A DNA stretch of 64,000 bases, from NCBI GenBank assembly GCA_905178155.1, contig CAJINV010000002.1, positions 7,671,747 through 7,735,746 of the forward strand, written 5' to 3'. Source of the DNA: Amoebophrya sp. A120. Its lineage: Eukaryota; Protista; Dinoflagellata. Shown in pieces: positions 34,828 through 45,598 of the stretch. The position numbers were made by a program, and so were the translations under genes. Numbering within the stretch: the first letter of the stretch is position 1; each line of letters starts with the position of its first letter. Under the pieces are notes generated by a model. It saw nothing but the letters and a program-made list of their open reading frames with translations. It was not told where the DNA came from and did no database searches.

Positions 34828-37155
34828 TCAAAAAATCGACACGATCTCACCGATCCGTGCCTCTCTTGGTGTTCTGCGGGGGTACACGCGAAGTTTCTTC
34901 GGCGCGCCGATGACAGCCGGCGTGGTGCGAAAATAATGCTTCCCCAAAATCGGCGGCTTGTAACACATGCACGCGTAGAGGCCCACCAGGATCCACCTGT
35001 TGGGTTACAGTTTCAGTATTTCTATTTGCTTGCATATGCTACAACTCGATTGGTCGTTAAAGAAGACGAACTGCAAGTACTTTTCATCAAATCAATTACA
35101 ATTTAGAAATACGCTCCAAAGACGACGCCGAGCGCCCAGCTGACATAGCTCTTCAATGTACACCCCTCGTAGTTGCAGATGATACAGGGCCCGCAGAATA
35201 GTGCAGTGCAGTTGCACTGTGGAATCGGCCTCGTCTTTTCGCTATCAACTGTAAAAATGTCTGGGTCTGGAAGATTCTGACACTTGTCATGCACGTTTTG
35301 CATGAGCCACGATGTCTGTGATGCATACCCTAGCAATACAGATTTTTTGAAAGCTTCTTGATGCGTATTCCCAATGACAAATGCCTTCTCAGCGTAGCAA
35401 AAATTGCATTTCCTTTGGTACTCGTGCAATACAGATTTTTTTGGAATCCAAATGCAGCATCACAAGTTGCAATCTTCCAGACCCAGACATTTTTACGTTT
35501 GATATTCGCAGCCCCAAAATCCAAACTCCGTGTCGTCGTTCCGACACAAAATCGGTCGCTCCAGTTTTATCAAGTGTAAAAGTGTCTGGGTCTGGAAGAG
35601 TGCATGTTTGTCATGCTTGTCTGGCATGACTCTCAAATCTGTCATGCACGTTACCCAAGAGCGCCATTTTTCTGTCATGTAGAAACGCAGTTTGTCATGC
35701 AGAATAGGCAACATCTAGAAGCTCAGAAACTTGTCATGCTGAGCGAGCACTTGTGGCCTCCTCATGATACGCCACCCAGCATCACAAGTTTCCAGACCCA
35801 GACATTTTTACAGTTGATAAGTTTCGCAGCCGCCTGATTTTCCGCTTCCAGGTCTGCGGGCGACTTCGCGTCCTCGTCTTCGTCCTCTCTGTCGAAGCAC
35901 CAGAAAAGCGACTCTTCTTCTGGGGCTGGGTCCGTTGTGGAGCTATGGCGTGCAAAAGTAGCATTAGCGACACCGTTGCTTCCAATGTTAATGCAGTATC
36001 CTTGATGAAAGATCTCACAATATTTTATGGCTATGTATACAACTTTGGTTACCAGATTATGCCTTTACACAACTTCTTCTCCTCGTTTACAGTAGATTTG
36101 ACATCACGATCACGACTTCGTAGCATTTTATTATCAGCTGCTGATGTCATTTGCACCTCGTACTACCCGAAATTGAACATCTCCCGGCGCCCGACGACAG
36201 CGCGCGTGGTCGCCCGCAGCTTCGTAGTACTATCGTCCCGCGGCTCCGCTCCGGGGTCGCAGCCTTCGACCCTGCTCCCCGGGTCCATCTTCTTTGGCGG
36301 CGGTGGCTGCCCGATATCAGTAGCCTCTCCTGCACCACGAGACCACAGCCGTTCATCCTCGTTTCCCTTGTTGCCCGCCCCGGAATAAATACCGCTTCTC
36401 CTTCGTCCCGCTTGCGCTGCAAAACTGGACTCGGTATCAAGGGCCTTGCCGTTCTTGCCCCCCGGCGCTCCGCTCTGCGTGCCCCCCGACGAGGGTCCTC
36501 TAGAGGATCTACTTTTGGAGGCGGAGGTGATGACTTCCTTCACCTTTTTCTCTTCCTGGTTCTGGCCGCGTCTGATTTCCCCCAGCTGTAATCCTGGAAC
36601 AACCGTCCCTGTCGTTCCGGCTGCTGCAGTGCCGTTTTTCCGTACCTCGTCCGCGACGTCCTCTCTTGGCGTCCTCGGCCCCGCAACATCAGACGGCGTA
36701 GCAGCTGCAACATCGTCGGGAAATTGGAAATCCATCTGCAGCGGTTTACTTGTCCTACTCTTCAGCACGGCTTGCGAGGACTCGTTATCAAATGGGTCCG
36801 GGTCCTGCCCGGCTTCCACCACGACCGGCCGACTCTGTTGTTGCACCTGTCGTTCCCCTTCCGGGCGAGGCGCGCCGCGCGCTCTCGCCGCTTCGCCCCG
36901 TGCGACGTCCCCCGGGAATGCGAACATGGAGGTGTTATTCACAGTCTGTGCCGACGAATTCTCCGTGCTTTCTTCCGGTGGTGCTTCATCCGGAAAAGAA
37001 AATACCGGCGGTGTCGTCGTGGACTGTTGGCCAACTGGTCGTGCCCGGGTCTGCTCGTCCCGAGGTACTACTCCTAACCTTGCGGTAGAGGAGGAAGAGG
37101 AATTGCCACTTTCCTCGCCCGGAAACCGGAATTTTTCGCCTTTCCCACTCGTCAT
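34828..37155 (-). CDS. Protein with a disordered N-terminus and a Cys-rich two-TM C-terminal module (Pmp3/PLAC8-like); exons 37155-36167, 35942-35820, 35562-35505, 35237-35113, 34996-34828
   Basis: Spliced product reads ...MFNFGSTTDPAPEEESLFWCFDREDEDEDAKSPADLEAENQAAAKLERPILCRNDDTEFGFWGCEKTRPIPQCNCTALFCGPCIICNYEGCTLKSYVSWALGVVFGAWILVGLYACMCYKPP... Two introns are GT-AG and two are TIR/TSD elements. The family name is tentative. Confidence 0.75.
35243..35504. mobile_element. MITE-like introner copy A (262 bp, ~30-bp TIR, 5-bp TSD TTCGC)
   Basis: Left end TATCAACTGTAAAAATGTCTGGGTCTGGAAGATT; right end AATCTTCCAGACCCAGACATTTTTACGTTTGATA; TTCGC at 35238-35242 and 35505-35509. Confidence 0.93.
35568..35819. 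mobile_element. MITE-like introner copy B (252 bp, ~30-bp TIR, 5-bp TSD AGTTT)
   Basis: Left end TATCAAGTGTAAAAGTGTCTGGGTCTGGAA; right end TTCCAGACCCAGACATTTTTACAGTTGATA; AGTTT at 35563-35567 and 35820-35824. Confidence 0.93.
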
Positions 37156-38707
37156 CCTCGGGTGTCTCTGTTATTTCTCTCGTCGCGCTCAACCAGATTA
37201 TTTCACACCCAACCAATGCGTTCCTCGCCTCTGCATTTAAGATTTCTACTTTGTTTTGCATAGGCATACATATCATAAAGTAGTGCTCAGGATCGCAACC
37301 TGCCCCTTTGCGTGCTTGTAGTTTGCTGGTGTCAACCTTGAACTTGATCTGCGCTGACGCTTGTCGCTACAATTCATTGTGTCTGACGGAAACGAAACAA
37401 AGAAAGGAGGACAAAATCAGCGTACCAAATGCGAATACGATAGAATAATTGGCGTCAGTTTTTTGAAGCGGATAAGCCTGCTACTTTATTTTGTTTTTGT
37501 TTTTCCCCCACTATGATTCCTCACCCCCCAGTTCCAGTTCCTTGAAGATGTACTACCCTACTGAATGCTACTACTTCGATTTTGGCTTCAACTCTCGTAC
37601 GCTTTTCGCTCTCTACAATGTAGACCGATATCAAGCGACTTCCGAAACAACTTGATGAACGACAATAGCGGTGCAAGAACAAATCGCACTGCCCCCGCAA
37701 GAGAAAAGAGTTTTCTACCAAGACGGGTAGGCAGTGTATTGACAACGGAAACTACGGTGATCCCGCAAACGTCAGACGGCGGGCCAAAATCAAACCTTCG
37801 ACCCAGAAGACCGAGGTAAAGTCGTTCTTCATGATTTAATCCTTCTGGTTGTGCAATGATTATATCTCGTCCTCAAGCTCGACAATCAGTATCAAATTTG
37901 TACACGGCAGGTCGAACAACAAATTTGTTCGGGTATTTTTATCTTAGGAGGAGGATATTTTCAGGTGGAGGAGCATTCCCATTCGCAGGATCCGTACCAC
38001 GAACAATTGTAAACAGTACAACGCACCATGACTACAAGTTTTAGTCCACCTCCACTGGAACTTCTTCATGCACTTTCTATCCTACTAATACGCGATAGAA
38101 AAAAGCTTGAAGAAAGAATAAAAGCAAACGAGGATATCGATGTTGTTGCTCCGGTCGCGGCACCGTCGTTGTTCGGGAGAACGCTGAAGGACGACTGCTA
38201 TCCGCTGTAGTAGCACCACCCAGATGGATCACTATCCTATATCATAATCCGAGTTCTCGAAATATATCCTGCAAAGTGCGACAGCGCTCCATCAGTGAAA
38301 TGGTGTGATGAAAGGTACAAGTAGTACCTCTAGGGTTGCAAACAGTTCTGTTCAATGTGCTCATCGCTTCCATAAAATAGCCTTTGATGTGCATATCACG
38401 TGGCGCAAAAAAGAAAGCCGCCTCATTCGTCGCGTGTAGCCTTACGATTCCCAGCGCGCGCGCCTGCACGGCAGTAGAATCCGAAGGAGGCTACGTACTG
38501 TAGTCCTCGACTAAAGCTTTTGCTTCAAATGGGCGATGATGATCCTGATCCTGATCTTCTAGCGGTGAATGATATTGAGTCGGGGCGAGCTCAGCATTAC
38601 AGCAAGAAAGTAACACAGCTACGTGGGTAGTAGTGTATGATGGAGGTCTGCGAAACAGGAGTGGAAAAAGTGCGAAACAAGAAAATGGGAGACTATTTTA
38701 CGTACGG

Positions 38708-40450
38708 CTACACTGCCCGCAAGCACGCTTTTTGCATCAAGAACGAGTCCCGAAACTTGTAGAAGTCGTCGTAGGGCCGCTTGTGTTTGCGATCCCGGTT
38801 GCGCTTCTTCCGGCTTTTCCAAAAAAAATCGGCACGGTTGGTGGTTGTGAAAAGTGCGTCGCCGGCAAATGTCGGTATTTCGTTCTGCTTCAGCTCCCGA
38901 CATATGTACGGCTTACCACCTGAAGTTTTCATTTTGTTCGATGTGCACCTTGCATCATCATAATTTTCAATAAAACCTCGACGACGACGACAAGCAGAAC
39001 AGAACTACAGGAAAAGATAACGAAAGTCTTCATCGGAAACGCCTGTCCTCGATAAAGCGAATCAGACCGAGCTACCATGTGCCAGCTGTTGCTTGGGGAA
39101 GAATTCCGTCGTGTTACCGGCTGTGTTCGCTAGCACCTCTACTGTTACCTTTGTTTTTCGGTTTGCAAGTTTCTGTAAGTACGACTAGACCCACCGCAAT
39201 CGATAATCCGCAAATGGAACTGCGTCTGTCTGTGGATTCGCTTTGCTTTTACTTCTAATTTGTGTGCTGCAATGACTTGCATTGCTCCCACATAGCAAAT
39301 GCTTCAATGTAAGTTCAAGTTGTATTATCGCTTCCAACATTACCGAAAAAAACACGATCTTACCGCCCTCTTTCCGATTCCCATGCTAGATCGGTTTATT
39401 CTGGCGAGCCGTTCTTCCTGCACTGCCAGAGCTCGGTCCACGCGGTCCAGACGCAGGGTTGCCCGGGGATCTTCATCCGCTATCCCGGGTATACTCATCG
39501 GCGGAACGGTGCAGACGCCGGCGCGCTGTGTGGTTGTGGGAATCTTTTTTGAGGGGTTCTTGAGTTGCGCCCGCATTCAAAATTCTGAAGTTGCACAGCT
39601 CACACATGAGATCAACATGTACTATTTCCAACTTCTTACCGTCGCGGTCCCTGATTGTAGCTCATTCTTTATTCTCCGCGGCGCTTTAGCGGTGCTGGAA
39701 GACGCGACTTCCGCGGCTCCTGGTGGCACCAGAGCGGGCAGAGAAACGGAACGCTCCGCGGGCATACTTTCGCGATGCTTTTCGTATTTGGTAGCTGTAC
39801 CTTATGAACGAATCTAATGTGGAATTCTCCAGATACGTGTCTTTCGGGCCTGTTTGCGATCCTCGCTACTACACCCCGATCTGCCAGTAACCTAATCTAT
39901 CATGAGAACCAACACTCGCTTCAGGTCCGATCTGCTTACCCCGAGGCACTCGCCCAACATGTGTATGAATCGTACGTACCACTCTCCGAGACGACAAAAC
40001 TAACGAAGAAGACAATGAAGGTGAGGACACTACCGACCATACGATATACGACGCCTGTCGATCACCCTGTTACGAGAGAAGACCCCGAACAGCAACAGAC
40101 TGCCTTCGATCTGATACGAAATAAATCTTCGAAATGCCACCATGCCTGTCTCCATCGATCGATGCTTAACTTTGATATGACCCCAAGAAGAAACGCACTA
40201 CTTCGACGAAGAGCTCCAACCACGGCATCATCAAGTTTTCACGGGATCCCTGAATTAGTGAATCACTACGACCACCGACCAATGAGTTACAGATGCGCGC
40301 GTACGCACCGACCAGTCGGATACGCGCGCGCGGACTTTTCTTCTACAGGCGAAATAGCGACACTGATGCTTGACTATTTGAAAAAAGAACACACGTGGCT
40401 CTGGCGCTGCCTCGTTTGCCTCCGGATCTGTTCGTGGCGTGTGCGTGCCA
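38708..40450 (-). CDS. Probable multi-exon gene for a small basic hypothetical protein; boundaries unresolved
   Basis: Coding-like blocks at 38708-38930 (RELKQNEIPTFAGDALFTTTNRADFFWK...PYDDFYKFRDS), 39360-39540 (DEDPRATLRLDRVDRALAVQEERLAR) and 39670-39800, some with GT/AG edges. Confidence 0.4.
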
Positions 40451-41328
40451 GTTAATCTTTTGATTGCTCTTGTTTGATTTATTTCAGATGATGTTTACGC
40501 TTTAATTGATTTTGGTGGTCCTTTAAGCAATCATTCTACGTATAATGCGCCCTCGAAAAGTTGTGGTGAAATACATACTGTGCTACTTGAGCGCTGTAGT
40601 AGCTACAGACAGCTCTTACTACGCTCTTTTTGATGGCGCGTACCAATCCTTCGTGCAACATCAGCAGTTTTTTGGTAGATAGGAAGTATACAGTTGAAAA
40701 GTTTACAGCGTCCCTTCAGTGATGTCGATGTTCATTTTCAGTGTGTGAAACGTGACGTGTCTGAGTAGACACGCTAGAGGATCCGGTAGCGCAGGGCGAA
40801 CGCACCAGTCCTCAAAACACCTAAGCGAACCTTCCAGACAAGAGGTGCGTCCTGGGCTGCAGTAATTTCCGGCCGTGCTCACTCTTGTCCGTCAGGTGGG
40901 TGTGCACGACTACAACGATACTCGTCTTCATGGGACATTCCAATATTCTAACTGCGATACGTATTCTCGTATTTTACCAAAAGAAGATTTTAGTGTGAAA
41001 ATAGCTATAGTACATTCGATAAATCATACCTGAACAAAGCCAACATGATGACCCTACTTTGTGTTTTTCTCAATAGCAAAATACGACTCAGAACTTCTCT
41101 GTGCGTCATTCCACCAATTGGCTGGTCATATCAAGTACAGTGCGACTGCGGCAGCTCCAGCTTACGAAGCAACTGGAGATGACAGCACAACGAGACGGAA
41201 GCAGTACAACGGCCTGCTTGTTCCTCATCTTCCACCTGTCCTCCGGCGGCCGAACCCGAATCGACCTCGACGTTCCTGCAATAATACAGCGCGTTTGTTG
41301 TCTATTGGTTTTCTGCACGACCCGCTTC

Positions 41329-44300
41329 TTACAAGCGATCGATGTACTCGGAGATGTCCGGGTGCTCGACCTTGAGACCCTTGCGCTCCCGGATGTCCAA
41401 CATGATGCTCTCGGCCTTGGAGCCCTTCTCGAGCGGGTCGGTCTGGATCAGCTGCCAGTGATCGAAGGCGAAGGTGGCCAGCGCCTTACCGGAGGTCTTG
41501 GTCTGCAGCACCTTGGTGAACGGGTCGTCACCCAGCGTCTCGGCGATCGGCAGGAAGGCCACAACAATCGTCTTCCCGTCCTTCACCTCGGTGTACTGCG
41601 GCTCACCTGTTTTCGTTAGAGCGATCAAGAATTAATACGTAGAGAAAATGCAAACGGTTTCGTCCAAAATTACAAACAGTTTCTGATTTAAGAAGCAAAA
41701 GAATTACTACAAAAAATCACGAAGAAGTTGTAAGTACCTCGCTTGGCCATGATTGCCTGGTTGACGCCCTGTTCCACGTCTTCCGGACAGGCGATGACGA
41801 CCTTGAAGATCGGTTCCATAAACCTCGCATCGGAGGTGAGGACCGCGCCGAAGAAGACTCGGCGGGCGGTGGGCTGGAGCTGTCCCATACCGCGGTGGAT
41901 GCTGTCTGCGTGGAGCTTGACGTCCATCAGGTTGAAGCGGACGCCGCGCATGTTCTCCTCGGCGAGCGGCCCCTGTCGCGCGGCCCACTGGAGACCCGAG
42001 TTGACGGACTCCTTGATCTCGTTCAGGTACTGAATCCCCTTGGTCTGGTCCACCAGCACGTTGGCGCCTCCCACGTCAATGTCGTTGGGTCCGAAGCCCC
42101 AGATCTTCATGCAGTCGGTCTTCTCCCAGCCGTACTCGTCAATCAAGACGCGCGCGCGCTTCTTCACGTCCTGCTGCATGTTCACCTTGTAGGTCTCGAT
42201 GGCCTGGCTCACCTCCTCGCCCAGCGGGCAGGCAATCACGTACAACCGGTTGTGCTTGTTCGGGGACTTTGACAGCGCCGGCTTGGCGCACTCGGTGGTC
42301 ACCGTCTCCTTGTAGGACACCGTCGGGACGCCGCGGGTAAAATCGACACCGGCGTGCTCCTCCTTCAAGTCCTTCAGCACCAGCTTCAAATGCTCCTCAC
42401 CGCAACTGGGGGGTTGTAAGTTTTTTCAATTTCAATCAGAAGTCCAGCCACAAAGCATCTTGATTTTTGTTTGATCAACGCAGCAGCGCCAGCATGATCG
42501 GAGTAGTCTCTACTAAGTTGCACCTCTGACATAGCTGACCTGAAGCACCACCGGTTTTTCTCGTGCTAACTACAAAATGAAGTTTTAGTAGATCAGTGTA
42601 TTGCAGGGGAAAATGATATAACGATAAACAAAACCGATTTCATTCTTACCCGCTGACAATGTGGTCTCCGGTTGGCTCGGAAACGCAGTTTACGATGATA
42701 TCGGCTTTCTGCAGGCGCTTGAGCCCCTCAACGAGTTTCGGAAGCTGCTTGCTGTCGGCAGGGCGGATGGCGATGCGGTAGACGCAAGACACGTTGAAGG
42801 ACAGACTGGTGAAGTTGTAGGACTTCTTGTCGGAGGAAATCGTGGCGGACTTGCTCATGAACTGATCGACACCACCCAGGGACACGATGTTGCCGGCCGG
42901 GCAGTTCATCACGGGTTGCATTTCCTGTAGAAATTGTTCGCATTAACAATTACATCGCCGATAAAGCTCATCTCCTTCTTCATGTTCATTCCACATGATA
43001 TACTCCACGGAATAGAGGTGGCCCAGCAGCACCAGAGCGACTCGGCTACAAGGCGTTCTAATTATTCTGTCTCCGTGAAAATGACCGAAGATCGTTCCTT
43101 GACTTCGTAGCAACAAAAAGTTCTCATTAGAATTGAATACCTTTCCCAAGTTCAACATGACGTTTTGTGCGCGGCCCTCCTGCGCGTAGGCGGAGGTTTC
43201 CGGATCTTCCGGATCGTAGTCGGGGCCACGGATGTGATACTTATCGGTGGAGGCCACACCGGAGAAGATGCGGCCGACGGCGTAGAACCGTCCCGCGGAG
43301 CCGGTCGGCGTCATCTTGACGACGTGCATCATCAGCGGGCCATTCGGGTCGCACGCAACCATCGCCTTGGCGGTGTCGGACTCCATGTCGCCCTTGTAGA
43401 TGTGCTCGATCTTCAGCTTCTGAGCGACCTTCGGGTTGGGGGCGTGCGTGGCAATCATGGTGGCGATGGCATCGCCGGCCGGCAGCCACGACTGCATCAC
43501 GCGCTTCACGAGCGCCTTGCCTTTCAGCTTCTTGTCTTCGGCCTTCAGCGTCACGCCGAGCTTGGTGGCCATAGCCTCCCAGGACGCGTCTTCGGCCATA
43601 ATCTTCTTGTGCATGTTGATAATCGGGTCCAAGATGAACTGGACGAACCTGATTTTTGTGTAGCAGAGAAAACATATTTCGTGAACAACTTCGAAAAAAA
43701 TCGTCTCCTGAGCCAGAGTTGCGAATGCGATGTCCTACTACTCAGGGTCCGTAGTGCTCTATCGTTCTTGAGCCTTCTCGTCTCAAGGAGTTCAAAACAG
43801 TCAAACCACATTTGAGACACAGCCCTCCAAGTGGAGGAGAAACTGTAAGTGCAAAATCATTAACATGTCGAATATGGACAAACAGGACTCCATATTAAGT
43901 ACCCGCGCTTGCTGCCCTCAACCTCCACGGTGGTCCAGGTCTTCTTGGCAGGGTTGTAGAACTGATCGCCCCACAACCGCTTCATCATCTTCTCCTCCGT
44001 CATACCGGGCATCTTGGCGGCATACATCTTTGCGAACTGACGCAGGGAGAAGGCCCAGCCGTAGTAAGCGGATCCGAAGACGACGTTACCTTTTATTTTG
44101 TTTCTTGCGATTTCACGAGGGAATCAAAATTATCACTTGCTACTCTCACCTGCAAACTGACAATTTAGACCGTCGTGGACGTGCGACTGTGGAGTAACAG
44201 CCAGACCTGAATCCTCCAAGCAGACACCAACCTCAGGGGAAAGAGCCCCAGAAAGCAGGTGTCTTGATACAACGGCTATCCTATTGCATGCATGCAAATC

Positions 44301-45598
44301 CGAAAATCTTCAAACCGCAATGAATAGATCTCTCACAGATGAACCGCACCCTCTCATCGTCTCTTTTGATTTTGTCTGTTAGTCTTAGTACCTCGACACA
44401 CAGCAGAAAAACAACTAATATCTATACCGAGTTCCGGCACCAGATTGAATCCCTTCAGGTTCAATTTCTCCGCGCCCGCCAGTGCGACGTTCATGTTTTC
44501 GACGACCTTGGACAAGTCCTGGTACAGCTCCTCGCCGGTTTTTTCCAACACCATGATGGAAATGTCCATCTTGTTCACGAACAGGGTCGGCTTGCAGCGC
44601 TCCTTCAGCGAGTCCGTGACCATGTATTCCATCATCACACCGACGCCGTCCTGCACACCGACCGTACAAAGCGTGGCATCGGACATACGCAAGCCCGCGG
44701 CGACCTTTCATTTTTGCGAATAAAGAGTTGTTTATGTCCGGTCGATAAGTGGTGGCATATCATTCGCCTTCTCAAATTTATTCGCTTTTAGAATCTCGAC
44801 ACTTTGTGGAGTAAAGGGTGAGTATCAAAACTGCTTTAAAGAAGTCGACGAAGGTCGTCGAAAAATTTAAAGAATTCCAGAAGCTGCACGTAGGTCAAAT
44901 AGAAATACCTCCGGGGAGTATTCGATGTGTCCCGGGGTGTCTAGCATGCAGAACATGAATTTTCCATCCTTCTCTTCCCCGAGTTCCTGCTTGCCCACTT
45001 CCCCCTTCAATTCGCTGTACTTGGCGTCCAGCAGGAAGTGGCACGGGTTGCACTTGTAATTGGATTTCTTTTCCTTCTCATCCGCACGGTACCTAAATTT
45101 TTGTATGTAAGCGGATTTAAATTATCACATTCACAATGTCGGAAAAACGCACCAAATCCTTGCGACTCGTCGACATGCGGCTACATTTGGTCGGCCCGGA
45201 GAAACAATACTATTCTAAAAGTGAATTTCCTTCTTCGCTTCGAATTTAAATTTTCGAAGCCGAATTGCTGTTGGCGCTGTAGGAAACAGCACCTAATCTC
45301 AAGACGATGGGGCAGGTGGTCCATCCAGGTTTCTCGTCCGGCGGTCGAAAATCAAGAAGAACGACCGTCAAGTTTGCTAAATCGGAACGATGAAACAAAT
45401 CTAAATCTAAAAATGGCTATGATACAGGGTGAAGAGCTGGTCCCCAATTTTGTTTTCGGCCAGGTAGCCGGTCAGCGCTCCCATGTTATCCATGATGCAG
45501 GACTTTCCGTGACCCATACTTCCGAGCATACACACGTTACGCACGGTCTCGATCTGGTCCATCTGACGACGGGCATCATCTTGGTGGTACTTCGGCAT
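41329..45598 (-). CDS. EEF2: Eukaryotic elongation factor 2-like GTPase (divergent paralog), 849 aa, 8 exons: 45598-45426, 45092-44909, 44704-44428, 44089-43903, 43648-43141, 42924-42650, 42405-41738, 41606-41329
   Basis: Motifs HGKS, DTPGH, NKMD, GSAYYGWAFSL, RLWGD, FVQFILDPI, KSPNKHNRLY, KIWGFGP, HADSIHRGMGQ and FDHW...RERKGL. All seven introns are GT-AG and the exons sum to 2,550 nt. Confidence 0.92.

Noticed and set aside
35243-35819. A single 577-bp Tc1/mariner MITE with a TA duplication
   Set aside because: The internal TIR pair and two distinct 5-bp TSDs show two elements, and the intervening segment is coding and in frame.
45409-45420. Relic dinoflagellate spliced leader (TAGCCATTTT on the minus strand)
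   Set aside because: Only ~10 nt match, it lies inside intron 1, and the GGCTCAAG part is missing.
41329-45598. Snu114/EFTUD2 or EFL1 assignment
   Set aside because: No acidic N-terminal domain; KSPNKHNRLY, the HAD-x-IHRG loop and the C-terminus are eEF2-type.
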